A DNA stretch of 64,000 bases from a virus. Taxonomy: Duplodnaviria; Heunggongvirae; Uroviricota; Caudoviricetes. Below the pieces are notes generated by a model that searched no databases, was not told the DNA's origin, and saw only the letters and a list, made by a program, of their open reading frames with translations. Below, in pieces: positions 1 through 8,045 of this stretch. The translations under genes and the position numbers were made by a program. The DNA lies in the IMG/VR virus record IMGVR_UViG_3300042301_002383, positions 3,322 to 67,321 of that record; one strand, given 5' to 3'. Within the stretch, counting starts at the first letter, position 1. Each line of letters begins with the position of its first letter.

Positions 1-20
1 AACCAATAGACCTACACACT

Positions 21-341
21 ATGGACACTTTGTTCACTTCCCAAATCGAAAAAACTCTAAATTCCAATGTGGAGTTTGAGTTCTCCTTGGACTTCCAAGG
101 TCAAGTTGAATACATTGAGTCGGAGAACACCGACCAATTTTTGGAGTACGAACTCGTACTTCTATTCCTTGTTGAAAAGGATTTGATTCCTATCAACGAG
201 AGAACCGAAGGAGTTGTCACCATCGAGAATGGTGTTGTTGAAATTTTCTACAAGACTTGTACCCAAGTCGGTGAGGATTGGAATGATGATGTGTGGGATG
301 AAAAAACTTCCGAACATTCAGTACAAGATTTGTTGGTGTAA
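21..341 (+). CDS. hypothetical acidic early protein
   Basis: 106-aa ORF with ATG at 21; terminator-like hairpin+T-run follows at ~364-392; no recognisable motif. Confidence 0.5.
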   Translation: MDTLFTSQIEKTLNSNVEFEFSLDFQGQVEYIESENTDQFLEYELVLLFLVEKDLIPINERTEGVVTIENGVVEIFYKTCTQVGEDWNDDVWDEKTSEHSVQDLLV

Positions 342-363
342 TAAAACCACCTACTTTAATAAG

Positions 364-392
364 ACCTCCGATTCTGTCGGGGGTTTTTTTTA
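364..392 (+). terminator. rho-independent terminator (weak stem)
   Basis: CTCCGA-ttctg-TCGGGG hairpin followed by a run of 8 T. Confidence 0.45.
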
Positions 393-420
393 TGTCCAAG
401 AATTTTTCTCGACCTGATCG

Positions 421-512
421 TCCGGTAAGTTTACTGGGGTGTTTACCCAGTATTAATTCTCGGCAGGTCCCTGAACCGGTGTTCTTGTATTACCCAGTAA
501 TGTATTTGGATA
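421..512. repeat. intergenic TTACTGGGG/CCCCAGTAA palindrome module (copy in IG 342-590)
   Basis: AAGTTTACTGGGGTGTTTACCCAGTA ... GTATTACCCAGTAATG. Confidence 0.6.
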
Positions 513-529
513 CCAGGGTCAGATTTAAA

Positions 530-570
530 AAATAAATTTGGTGTATAACAATTATTGTTGTATATTTGTA
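530..570 (+). promoter_or_regulatory. Bacteroidetes-type promoter (-33 TTTGG, -7 TATATTTG)
   Basis: AAAAATAAATTTGG, then 19 nt, then TATATTTG, ending 23 nt before ATG 591; same architecture repeats before at least 7 other plus-strand genes. Confidence 0.6.
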
Positions 571-590
571 GACACTAAAAAATAAAATGT

Positions 591-860
591 ATGACACAAG
601 AAGAAATTGAAATTGTAAAGAAAACTATCTATTCAGTTGTTGAAGGACACGTTGATAGTGAAATTAATTATGAGTGGGTTGGTAGTGATTTTACCGAAAG
701 GATAATGGATAACCTACCGATTGATAAAAAAATGTCTTTCGTTAGGATTGTCCAAAATAGTGGTAGTGGTATTCAATTTGATAACGAATTGTATGTGAAG
801 TTCCTTAATCATATTACCGAATTTCTTTATAGTGGTTTGGAGTTTGAAACCAAAGAATAA
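591..860 (+). CDS. hypothetical protein
   Basis: 89-aa ORF bracketed by promoter (530-570) and terminator (877-903). Confidence 0.55.
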   Translation: MTQEEIEIVKKTIYSVVEGHVDSEINYEWVGSDFTERIMDNLPIDKKMSFVRIVQNSGSGIQFDNELYVKFLNHITEFLYSGLEFETKE

Positions 861-876
861 AATTTTTTAGATTTTA

Positions 877-903
877 ACCCTCACAGAAATGTGGGGGTTT
901 TTT
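877..903 (+). terminator. rho-independent terminator
   Basis: CCCTCACA-gaaa-TGTGGGGG hairpin + TTTTTT. Confidence 0.65.
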
Positions 904-904
904 A

Positions 905-1030
905 TGTCCACAGATTTCCCGTCCCTGATCATCCCATAAAATTACTGGGGTGTATCCGTATATATCTGTAAACGTATTCGATTCCCCAGTAATATTGGGA
1001 GCTCTGATCACAGGTGGATCCTCACCAAAA
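905..1030. repeat. intergenic module: conserved spacer GTCCACAGATTTCCCGTCCCTGATCATCCCATAA + TTACTGGGG ... CCCCAGTAAT palindrome + TGATCACAGGTGGATCC
   Basis: spacer sequence nearly identical at 2880-2915; diverged at 395-425. Confidence 0.6.
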
Positions 1031-1049
1031 AAATTAATTAGTTTTTTTT

Positions 1050-1092
1050 AAAAATAAATTTGGATTATACTCCAGATTAATTTATCTTTGTC
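1050..1092 (+). promoter_or_regulatory. Bacteroidetes-type promoter (-33 TTTGG, -7 TATCTTTG)
   Basis: AAAAATAAATTTGG ... TATCTTTG upstream of ATG 1129. Confidence 0.6.
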
Positions 1093-1128
1093 ATACAATC
1101 ATTTATTAAACCATAAAAAATTAAACAG

Positions 1129-1989
1129 ATGGAAATCGTAGAAAACAATCGGGTTAGTCAGTTCTTGGATAGAACTGGTTTAAATTGGAAAGTCCGTACC
1201 GAAGGACTTCAAACTTCGTCAGGAATTATTATCCCTGATAAAATTGGTATCGTTCGTGAGGATGATAGTACAATCTTGGGTATTCACTCTAATGGTTATG
1301 TACCATATCAGAATGACCAAATGATGGAACTATTGTTCAAAGTGTCCCAACAAACTGGACTTGATGTTCATAGGGGTGGTTTGTTCGGTGGTGGACGAAA
1401 AGTATTCGTTCAGTTAAAATCTAATGACTTAACTTTGGGGACGGATAGAATCGAGGGTTATGTTACTGGGATTAATTCTTTCGATGGTTCGACTTCATTA
1501 TCGTTCGGTCCTAGTTCGAAAACTATCAGTTGTCAAAACACATTCTTCGGTGTGTACAAAGATTTAGATTCAAAGGTACGTCATACAAAGAATATGGAAT
1601 TAAAGATAGAAGATATCTGTCGACAAATTGAGGGTGTAGTACAAGAAGAAAAGAATGTGTTCGGTTCTATCGTTAAAATGAGTGAAACTCGTTTCGATGA
1701 TATTATCAAGGATAGAGTAATCAAATCGTTATTCAATATCGAAAAGAATGTTGATATTAAGGATGTTGATTCATTATCTACCGTGACACAAAATAAATTA
1801 AGTAGATTCTATGTTGACCTTAATGGTGAAATTCAAGAAAAGGGTGATAACATTTGGGGTTTATTTAGTGGTGTAACAAAATACACAACTCATAGTATGG
1901 GTAAGGGTGACAATTCTGAAAATAAGATGTTCGGAACTTACGGAAATCGTGAGAGACAAATCTTCAAGGAACTTGTACATTTGGTGTAA
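1129..1989 (+). CDS. DUF932-like phage/plasmid protein (tentative)
   Basis: 286-aa ORF; segment GINSFDGSTSLSFG resembles the NSHDGSS core of the DUF932/TIGR03299 family, from memory only. Confidence 0.55.
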   Translation: MEIVENNRVSQFLDRTGLNWKVRTEGLQTSSGIIIPDKIGIVREDDSTILGIHSNGYVPYQNDQMMELLFKVSQQTGLDVHRGGLFGGGRKVFVQLKSNDLTLGTDRIEGYVTGINSFDGSTSLSFGPSSKTISCQNTFFGVYKDLDSKVRHTKNMELKIEDICRQIEGVVQEEKNVFGSIVKMSETRFDDIIKDRVIKSLFNIEKNVDIKDVDSLSTVTQNKLSRFYVDLNGEIQEKGDNIWGLFSGVTKYTTHSMGKGDNSENKMFGTYGNRERQIFKELVHLV

Positions 1990-2016
1990 GACATAGGTTA
2001 AAGATTATTTGTTAAA

Positions 2017-2046
2017 CCCTCGGACTTTTAGTTCGGGGGTTTTTTG
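2017..2046 (+). terminator. rho-independent terminator
   Basis: CCCTCGGAC-tttta-GTTCGGGGG (wobble pairs) + TTTTTT. Confidence 0.55.
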
Positions 2047-2084
2047 TTTGATGACCCCGTCACACTGTGGACCGGGTCGGAACT

Positions 2085-2310
2085 TTACTGGGATGTATTA
2101 CCTGTGCACTGTATCTGCACAGCACCGGTGATCAAGTTTACTGGGGTGTCCCAGTAATGTTCACCTGCGCACAGCGCCAATGTTCCTCTTGTACCCGAAG
2201 TACCACAAGTTCCTCAAAAGATGTACCACAAGTACCCGAAGTACCACATGTTCCGACAGAGTGATAAGTTTACTGGGTTATTTGTATTACCCCAGTAATG
2301 TTCCCCCTGT
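2085..2310. repeat. intergenic module with three TTACTGGG units (2087, 2136 perfect hairpin GTTTACTGGGGTGTCCCAGTAATG, 2268) flanking the 9-bp array
   Basis: seen directly. Confidence 0.6.
2192..2256 (+). repeat. tandem 9-bp array (GTACCnnAA, about 7 units)
   Basis: GTACCCGAA GTACCACAA GTTCCTCAA ... GTACCACAA GTACCCGAA GTACCACAT GTTCCGACA seen directly; gives the periodic VPQVPEVPHVP translations of spurious ORFs 2067..2264 and 2180..2362. Confidence 0.6.
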
Positions 2311-2347
2311 GATCACAGGTGAAAAAAAATTCTTAAAAAAAAGTAAA

Positions 2348-2387
2348 ATAATATTTGGATAATAAAGTTTTATGATGTATATTTGTG
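2348..2387 (+). promoter_or_regulatory. Bacteroidetes-type promoter
   Basis: TTTGG at ~2355 and TATATTTG at ~2378-2385, 24 nt before ATG 2409. Confidence 0.6.
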
Positions 2388-2408
2388 TTCACTAAAAATA
2401 TAAATGAT

Positions 2409-2831
2409 ATGAGTATGTTACAAAACATCGGAACCTATAAGGAGTTCTTGAAAAAACAAAAAGAAGAAAGAGAAACTTTCTCGGAAATTGTATCAACTAA
2501 AATCGTAGATGGTTTGACTGACTACATTAAAGATTTTGGTTGGGTTCGTAAAGGTAAAAGTGGTGGACTTCAAGGAGATAAAATCAAAGGAGTTAAGTTC
2601 ACTAAAAACTTCAATGGTAAAGATGTTACTATCGAGTATCGTAACAATTTACGAATTGACAATGACGGGTTACATTACTCGGGTGGTTATAATGAGTTCG
2701 TACATAGTAAGGAACTTGGAAATTCGTTAGAGGTAATTAGAATGAATCACTTCTATTGGAATGGGGAAACTGAAAGTGGTTGTAACTTGGATAGGGTACT
2801 TCAACGAATGGATGATTTCTATTCTAAATAG
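2409..2831 (+). CDS. hypothetical protein
   Basis: ORF-track ORF 2385..2831 starts on GTG inside the -7 box; first ATG (MSMLQNIG...) at 2409 fits the 22-24 nt promoter-to-ATG spacing seen elsewhere. Confidence 0.55.
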   Translation: MSMLQNIGTYKEFLKKQKEERETFSEIVSTKIVDGLTDYIKDFGWVRKGKSGGLQGDKIKGVKFTKNFNGKDVTIEYRNNLRIDNDGLHYSGGYNEFVHSKELGNSLEVIRMNHFYWNGETESGCNLDRVLQRMDDFYSK

Positions 2832-2853
2832 AAAACACACACCGAATTAAAGG

Positions 2854-2882
2854 GTGGGACGAAAGTCTCACCTTTTTTTATG
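2854..2882 (+). terminator. rho-independent terminator
   Basis: GGTGGGAC-gaaa-GTCTCACC + TTTTTTT. Confidence 0.65.
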
Positions 2883-3020
2883 TCCACAGATTTCTCGTCC
2901 CTGATCATCCCATAAGTTTACTGGGTTATGTTGTATTACCCCAGTAATCATTAGCCAGTTTTGCGCGCGCTGATCAGGAAATTTGCGCTGGTTAACAATT
3001 CAACCCAGTAATGTTTAGGA
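2880..3020. repeat. intergenic module (spacer + AAGTTTACTGGGTTATGTTGTATTACCCCAGTAAT + GCGCGCGCTGATCAGG + ACCCAGTAATGTTTAGG)
   Basis: seen directly. Confidence 0.6.
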
Positions 3021-3039
3021 ATGATAGTGCAGGAAAAAA

Positions 3040-3098
3040 TTCTTAAATGTGCACAGTAAAAAGTCTTAAATGTGCGCAGTAAAAAATTCTTAAAAATA
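3040..3098 (+). repeat. 2.5 direct repeats of a 24-bp unit (TCTTAAATGTGCRCAGTAAAAA) abutting the -33 element
   Basis: seen directly; candidate operator or UP element. Confidence 0.55.
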
Positions 3099-3133
3099 AA
3101 TTTGTATAATGAAATAAAAGTTATATCTTTGTC
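3094..3133 (+). promoter_or_regulatory. Bacteroidetes-type promoter
   Basis: AAAAATAAATTTG ... TATCTTTG before ATG 3154. Confidence 0.6.
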
Positions 3134-3153
3134 ATACACTAAAACAAAAAGAT

Positions 3154-3351
3154 ATGGAGTACAAAGTATTAACAAGTTCATCCCCCGAAGGATTGACCGA
3201 AAAAGTAAACAAGTACATTAACGAAGGGTTTATTCCCGTCGGTTCTCATCAAGTTGTAACCCAACGAGAAGTAAATCGTTATAGTGGTTCACAACACATG
3301 GACACACTTATTACACAAGAGTATTCTCAAACTTTAATTAAACAAGATTAA
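3154..3351 (+). CDS. hypothetical small protein
   Basis: 65-aa ORF directly after promoter. Confidence 0.5.
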   Translation: MEYKVLTSSSPEGLTEKVNKYINEGFIPVGSHQVVTQREVNRYSGSQHMDTLITQEYSQTLIKQD

Positions 3352-3352
3352 T

Positions 3353-3550
3353 ATGACAAGGTACGAAGTTTTATCCCCCGACGGGTTTACGATTGAATTC
3401 GATAGACCTTACTACACTTCAAAGGAAAAAGCATTTGAGGCTTTTGACAAATGGAAGGAACGATATAAAGTTCAAGGGTATTATAGTTCAAATAATGGAA
3501 GAATACCTTTGGAAGATTTGGAAGATTATATGTATATTCGTGAAATTTAA
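3353..3550 (+). CDS. hypothetical small protein
   Basis: 65-aa ORF, stop/start coupled (TAATATG) to previous gene. Confidence 0.5.
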   Translation: MTRYEVLSPDGFTIEFDRPYYTSKEKAFEAFDKWKERYKVQGYYSSNNGRIPLEDLEDYMYIREI

Positions 3551-3556
3551 AATTTA

Positions 3557-3658
3557 TGGAAATGAATATTTTATATTATTTATCATTGGGATTTGGGGTT
3601 ATAGTAACCTTCCTGATAATGATTGTATTACTTATTTTATCAATTAAAAAATCAATAG
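3557..3658 (+). CDS. possible 33-aa hydrophobic peptide (MEMNILYYLSLGFGVIVTFLIMIVLLILQLKNQ)
   Basis: hand-translated; single predicted TM helix; below the ORF-track cutoff; coordinates approximate. Confidence 0.25.
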
Positions 3659-3661
3659 AAA

Positions 3662-3934
3662 ATGGCACAGACCCAAACGACATTTAACTTTCATTTAGAC
3701 ACAAAGGTAACGACATGGTATCGTACCGAATTTGAAATTGAAGCTGAAACATTGGAAGAGGCTCATAAGTTAGCAATTGCTTTTCGTGAGAGAGGTGATA
3801 ACACGGAATTGCCGTGGGAACATATTGACGAAACTCTTGAAGGTTTAATACCCGAAGAAAATGGTGGAGAACCTACGGAGGAGTTGTATGACGAGAATGG
3901 TAATATAATTTGGGATAACACTAAATCAATTTAA
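3662..3934 (+). CDS. hypothetical acidic protein
   Basis: 90-aa ORF. Confidence 0.55.
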   Translation: MAQTQTTFNFHLDTKVTTWYRTEFEIEAETLEEAHKLAIAFRERGDNTELPWEHIDETLEGLIPEENGGEPTEELYDENGNIIWDNTKSI

Positions 3935-3935
3935 A

Positions 3936-4250
3936 ATGGAAAATTCAGAAATCATTAATCGTATTACGGACATCTTAAAAGTTAATGGATGTTTTAGTAT
4001 TGGAGAATTAGAAGGTGAGAATAGTATTCTTGTTGGTACATTGGGTAACTATGTAGGACTTGGGGAATATTTTACCGAAGATTATGTAGAAGTAAATGTG
4101 TACGAACCTCGTTCAAGTAGTTCGGACGCTATCGACACCTATGAAGAAAGTTATTGGGAGTTGAATGAGAATGTGTTGGGAGATGTATTACTTTTATGTG
4201 AGCAGTGGGAAGCTGAGTGTATTAGAACAGAAAAGAGAATATCGAATTAA
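3936..4250 (+). CDS. hypothetical acidic protein
   Basis: 104-aa ORF, 1-nt spacing from previous gene; terminator follows. Confidence 0.55.
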   Translation: MENSEIINRITDILKVNGCFSIGELEGENSILVGTLGNYVGLGEYFTEDYVEVNVYEPRSSSSDAIDTYEESYWELNENVLGDVLLLCEQWEAECIRTEKRISN

Positions 4251-4280
4251 TAGTTTTTAGTGTGTGGTTAGTGAATAAGA

Positions 4281-4308
4281 AGGTGGACAGAAATGTTCAC
4301 CTTTTTTT
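4281..4308 (+). terminator. rho-independent terminator
   Basis: GGTGGACA-gaaa-TGTTCACC + TTTTTTT. Confidence 0.65.
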
Positions 4309-4329
4309 ATGTATTACCCTCAGCGCAAA

Positions 4330-4450
4330 CACAGCCCGGACCAGCGCTGAAGTTTACTGGGGTGTCCCAGTAATTATTGGAGATATGATCTGCAGCGTGA
4401 TCTGCTGTTGTATTACCCCAGTAAACATGAGCATTGTTGCGCGCATGCGC
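4330..4450. repeat. intergenic module (CAGCGCTG + GAAGTTTACTGGGGTGTCCCAGTAAT + GTATTACCCCAGTAAACATG + GCGCGCATGCGC)
   Basis: seen directly. Confidence 0.6.
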
Positions 4451-4469
4451 TAACTCAAAAAAATATTTA

Positions 4470-4511
4470 AAAATAAATTTGGATTATAAAAGTATTAGTT
4501 GTATATTTGTG
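4470..4511 (+). promoter_or_regulatory. Bacteroidetes-type promoter
   Basis: AAAAATAAATTTGG ... TATATTTG before ATG 4532. Confidence 0.6.
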
Positions 4512-4531
4512 TACACTAAAAAAACAACACT

Positions 4532-4735
4532 ATGGTAAAAGTTTATTTCGAATTGGATAACGGCAAATATGCTGAACTGGTAGCAATCTTCGATGATGAA
4601 GAAACCTACGATGCGTGTCTACCCGCATTGGAAAAATTGTGTAAAAAAAACAATTTTGATTTGGTAACAGAATCGGTGGACGAAGAAACAATTACTCACT
4701 ACACTAAAAAATCAACAAATGATTTACACTACTAA
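4532..4735 (+). CDS. hypothetical small protein
   Basis: 67-aa ORF. Confidence 0.5.
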   Translation: MVKVYFELDNGKYAELVAIFDDEETYDACLPALEKLCKKNNFDLVTESVDEETITHYTKKSTNDLHY

Positions 4736-5477
4736 AGCTCAAGCAAAAAGATTAACTGGGATATCTTATTTAGGTTCCGTTAATATGACGACCAAACATC
4801 AGAAGGCATTCAAGTACGATGAACTAACATATAGTTTGTACTTAGCACCTGCAAAAATGAGTGGCTACGAGGTTTGTCCTATGAGAACGAAAGAATGTAC
4901 AAAGTTATGTTTGAACGAATCAGGGATGAACACGATGAACATGGAGGACGATAAAATTAATCGTTCACGAATTGCAAAAACTAAATTGTTTTTTGAACAC
5001 AGGGAATTTTTTGTCAATTGGTTGTTTGATGAAATTAAATCAACAGAATTGAAAGCTAAAAAACTGGGGTATAAATTTTCGGTTCGTTTGAATAACACAT
5101 CAGATATAACACCTGAATCATTTTATATTCATGTAAATGATAAACCCGTTAATATTTTACAATACTTTCAACACATTCAATTCTACGATTATACAAAGGT
5201 TCCTAAAAGAACTGAACTACTTAAAAAATATAAGAACTACGATTTAACTTTTTCTTATAGCGGTCACAATTTAAATGAGTGTCATACAATGTTAAATAAT
5301 AACATAAGGGTGGCGGTTGTTTTTAATAAAGTACCTAAAACATTTTGGGATAGGAAAGTAATCGACGGGGATCTTTACGATATGAGGTATAAAGATAAAA
5401 AGAATGTAATCGTTGGACTCAAATATAAACGAGTTCGAAATAAGTTAACAAAGAATAAATTTGTTATTGAACTTTAA
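4719..5477 (+). CDS. hypothetical protein
   Basis: 252-aa ORF overlapping previous gene by 17 nt; Cys-containing, basic C-terminus. Confidence 0.55.
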   Translation: MIYTTKAQAKRLTGISYLGSVNMTTKHQKAFKYDELTYSLYLAPAKMSGYEVCPMRTKECTKLCLNESGMNTMNMEDDKINRSRIAKTKLFFEHREFFVNWLFDEIKSTELKAKKLGYKFSVRLNNTSDITPESFYIHVNDKPVNILQYFQHIQFYDYTKVPKRTELLKKYKNYDLTFSYSGHNLNECHTMLNNNIRVAVVFNKVPKTFWDRKVIDGDLYDMRYKDKKNVIVGLKYKRVRNKLTKNKFVIEL

Positions 5478-5484
5478 TAAATGT

Positions 5485-5511
5485 CCTCACCGAAAGGTGG
5501 GGATTTTTTTT
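5485..5511 (+). terminator. rho-independent terminator
   Basis: CCTCACC-gaaa-GGTGGGG + TTTTTTTT. Confidence 0.65.
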
Positions 5512-5519
5512 GCACATTC

Positions 5520-5650
5520 TTCCGACGCAGCGCGCAACAGCGCTGAAGTTTACTGGGGTAATCCCAGTAATGTTTAGCCAGTTTTGCAGATCATGCGCCG
5601 ATCAGATCCGTATTACACCCCAGTAATGTTTAGGATTATGCATGTCGCCG
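5520..5650. repeat. intergenic module (CAGCGCTG + GAAGTTTACTGGGGTAATCCCAGTAATGTTTAG + GTATTACACCCCAGTAATGTTTAGG)
   Basis: seen directly. Confidence 0.6.
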
Positions 5651-5675
5651 GCAAATATTTTTAAAAAAAGTTTAA

Positions 5676-5714
5676 AATAAATTTGGTGGGTAATAAAAAA
5701 GTATTATCTTTGTA
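5676..5714 (+). promoter_or_regulatory. Bacteroidetes-type promoter
   Basis: TTTAAAATAAATTTGG ... TATCTTTG before ATG 5745. Confidence 0.6.
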
Positions 5715-5744
5715 CTATAATATTAATCACAAAAAAAATCTATT

Positions 5745-6197
5745 ATGGGAACTCGTTCAACTTACCGCATCATTGAGGAATACTCAACAGGTAAAAAAGT
5801 AAAAAAAGTAAAACAGAATGAAATCTGTTTAATCTATCGTCAGTACGACGGATACCCAACAGGTCATCCACTTGAAACCGCTGAATGGTTATCAACAGGG
5901 AAAGTCGTTAATGGGTATGGTGCTAATGAAAAGAAATTAGTATTCAACGGGGCTGGTTGTTTAGCGGCTCAACTCATTTGGAAATTAAAAGCTGGTGAAA
6001 CAGGAAACACCTATGTACAATCTTTGTCAAGTCGTGGAAATTCTTGGGAAGATTATCTTTATGACATTATTGTCAAAGAAGATTATTCGATTGAGTTTGT
6101 TTGTTATGAGAACGATACAACTAAAACTGAATTGTTTCGTGGTACTCCAAGCGCATTTGTTAAAAAATATAAAAAAGAAGAAGTTGAGAAAGCATAA
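5745..6197 (+). CDS. hypothetical protein
   Basis: 150-aa ORF. Confidence 0.55.
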   Translation: MGTRSTYRIIEEYSTGKKVKKVKQNEICLIYRQYDGYPTGHPLETAEWLSTGKVVNGYGANEKKLVFNGAGCLAAQLIWKLKAGETGNTYVQSLSSRGNSWEDYLYDIIVKEDYSIEFVCYENDTTKTELFRGTPSAFVKKYKKEEVEKA

Positions 6198-6231
6198 AGT
6201 TAGATTCAATCTCGGAAAGGGAGAGAATTAT

Positions 6232-6555
6232 ATGAAATGGAAAATAGAATATAACAACGGCTGGGTGAAATATTTTCATCCAGCTGAAGTTCAGTTAATA
6301 CTAACTGATTGCGTTCTGAAAAACAACAGGACAGCAGCGCAGAAGATATTTACTGGGGAAACCACCAAAGTCGTTTGTGCTTATGTTCTTTGTGAGGGAA
6401 TTGAAATCCTTACAGAAGATTTTATTCCTGAAACAACTGCACATTTAAAATACAATCCAAGAGTATTACCCTTTTGGAATTTAAACGGACAGAATGCTGA
6501 CGGAAGCGAGTACAAAGAATTGTTTACGATTGATAGTAAACTTTTCATAAAATAA
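6232..6555 (+). CDS. hypothetical protein
   Basis: in-frame ATG (MKWKIEYNNGW...) inside track ORF 5995..6555, whose 5' part overlaps 5745..6197 out of frame; purine-rich stretch just upstream. Confidence 0.5.
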   Translation: MKWKIEYNNGWVKYFHPAEVQLILTDCVLKNNRTAAQKIFTGETTKVVCAYVLCEGIEILTEDFIPETTAHLKYNPRVLPFWNLNGQNADGSEYKELFTIDSKLFIK

Positions 6556-6589
6556 TTTGGTAAAATAAAATTAAAGTTATATCTTTGTA
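6550..6589 (+). promoter_or_regulatory. Bacteroidetes-type promoter
   Basis: AATAATTTGG ... TATCTTTG before ATG 6618. Confidence 0.55.
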
Positions 6590-6617
6590 TTATTAATTCA
6601 CACTTAAATTTAAAATC

Positions 6618-7100
6618 ATGGGATTAGACATGTATCTGTACAAAAAAACTTATGTACAAAATTGGGAACACAACCCACCTGAACAACATCACCAAATCGA
6701 AATCAAACGAGGGGGTGTATTACGAACCGACATCAAACCAAATCGTATTTGTTACATTACCGAACAGGTAGCATATTGGAGAAAGTTCAATGCGCTTCAC
6801 GGATGGTTTATTAATAATTGTGGTGGTGGGGTTGATGAGTGTCAAGACATTTCTGTTGATGAAGAAAAATTGAAGGAGTTGTTGGAAACTCTAAAAGAAG
6901 TTAGTTCTAATTTCACTAAAGCTGATGAGCTTCTTCCACCAACACAGGGTTTCTTCTTTGGTAGTGATGAGGTTGATGAGTATTACAAAGAAGAAGTAAA
7001 CTCAACTATCAAAATCATTGAGGACTTGTTAGAGGAAAACGAACAATCTAAAGAATATGGATTGTACTCTGGTGAGTTTGAATACAGAGCTTCTTGGTAA
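6618..7100 (+). CDS. hypothetical protein
   Basis: 160-aa ORF, acidic C-terminus. Confidence 0.55.
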   Translation: MGLDMYLYKKTYVQNWEHNPPEQHHQIEIKRGGVLRTDIKPNRICYITEQVAYWRKFNALHGWFINNCGGGVDECQDISVDEEKLKELLETLKEVSSNFTKADELLPPTQGFFFGSDEVDEYYKEEVNSTIKIIEDLLEENEQSKEYGLYSGEFEYRASW

Positions 7101-7117
7101 AATAAAATAACGGGGAT

Positions 7118-7155
7118 ATTATTTGGAATAATAGTATCCCTGTTATATCTTTGTC
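7118..7155 (+). promoter_or_regulatory. Bacteroidetes-type promoter
   Basis: ATTTGG at ~7122, TATCTTTG at ~7146-7153. Confidence 0.55.
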
Positions 7156-7174
7156 AAATATAAATCATACTACT

Positions 7175-7825
7175 ATGCCAAATTGGTGCTACAATCACCT
7201 TACTATAAAAGGTGAAAAAGAAAACTTGGACAGAATTAAATTTCATCTTGAAGATATTGAAAAGAAGGATGATTCGTCCCCTGGTGTTTTTATGGCTCTC
7301 GTCGGTCGTGACCACGCTATTGAGTTAAATGAATACGAACACGGAGGATGGTACGACGCCAACATTAATTACTGGGGCTGTAAGTGGGATGTGTCATACA
7401 ATGAGTCGGGTGTCGAGTATAGTGACGATTCAATAACAATGTCACTCCAAACAGCTTGGTCACCACCAATAAAGTTCATTCAACACTTGGGTAGGTTATT
7501 CAATGTGGAGTGTGAGTTATATTATGAAGAACCAGGTTGTGACTTCTGTGGTAAATCCTACTTCAATAATGAGGATGGATTAACGGAGGAGGATTATTCA
7601 TATGATGAAGGTAGATTTGTTTTCGACAAGGATAATTTCTTTGAGAGCTGTGATGGTGACATTGACTATCTGTTCGAGTGTGATGAAGAAGTAACATTCG
7701 AGTCGGTGAAGGAGAGGTTTCCATTTATTACTGGGGAAGAAGACCTTGAGACATTAGAAGAAATTTTTAACGAAGTAAAAGAAAATTATGGAGAAGAAGC
7801 TGAAAGTAACAACGAGCAAATTTAA
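7175..7825 (+). CDS. highly acidic Cys-containing protein (DNA-mimic / anti-defence candidate)
   Basis: track ORF 7151..7825 starts on TTG inside the -7 box; first ATG (MPNWCYNHL...) at 7175; long D/E-rich C-terminal half. Confidence 0.55.
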   Translation: MPNWCYNHLTIKGEKENLDRIKFHLEDIEKKDDSSPGVFMALVGRDHAIELNEYEHGGWYDANINYWGCKWDVSYNESGVEYSDDSITMSLQTAWSPPIKFIQHLGRLFNVECELYYEEPGCDFCGKSYFNNEDGLTEEDYSYDEGRFVFDKDNFFESCDGDIDYLFECDEEVTFESVKERFPFITGEEDLETLEEIFNEVKENYGEEAESNNEQI

Positions 7826-8045
7826 AAATCCACTTACATTTAATGAGTGGGTAGAGAAGTATAAGGTGTCAAGCCAATATGTAGAACCAACTAAATACTT
7901 TCAAGGTAATGCTGGTTCCCCAAGAATTACTATGGACACCAAGATGGAATTCGATTCGAGTTTCCACAGACGGGATGGTAACAAATTTACTGGGATTTTA
8001 AACAAATTAAAAACAAAAATAAAATGGGTAGAGAAAATCGTTTAA
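7788..8045 (+). CDS. hypothetical protein
   Basis: 85-aa ORF overlapping previous gene by 38 nt. Confidence 0.4.
   Translation: MEKKLKVTTSKFKNPLTFNEWVEKYKVSSQYVEPTKYFQGNAGSPRITMDTKMEFDSSFHRRDGNKFTGILNKLKTKIKWVEKIV

Noticed and set aside
2067-2362. ORFs 2067..2264 and 2180..2362 (+), also 2951..3181 (-), 4262..4453 (+), 214..417 (+), 217..399 (-), 11353..11586 (+)
   Set aside because: They lie entirely within the repeat-built intergenic modules or the hairpin region and run through terminators and promoters. Their periodic or low-complexity translations mirror the DNA repeats. Treated as non-coding.
340-5745. CRISPR array formed by the TTACTGGGG palindromes
   Set aside because: Repeats are not regularly spaced, occur in both orientations as inverted pairs, sit between real genes with promoters, and no cas genes are present.
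5995-6231. 5' extension of ORF 5995..6555
   Set aside because: Overlaps 5745..6197 out of frame for 200 nt. An internal ATG at 6232 with an upstream purine-rich stretch gives a compact non-overlapping gene.
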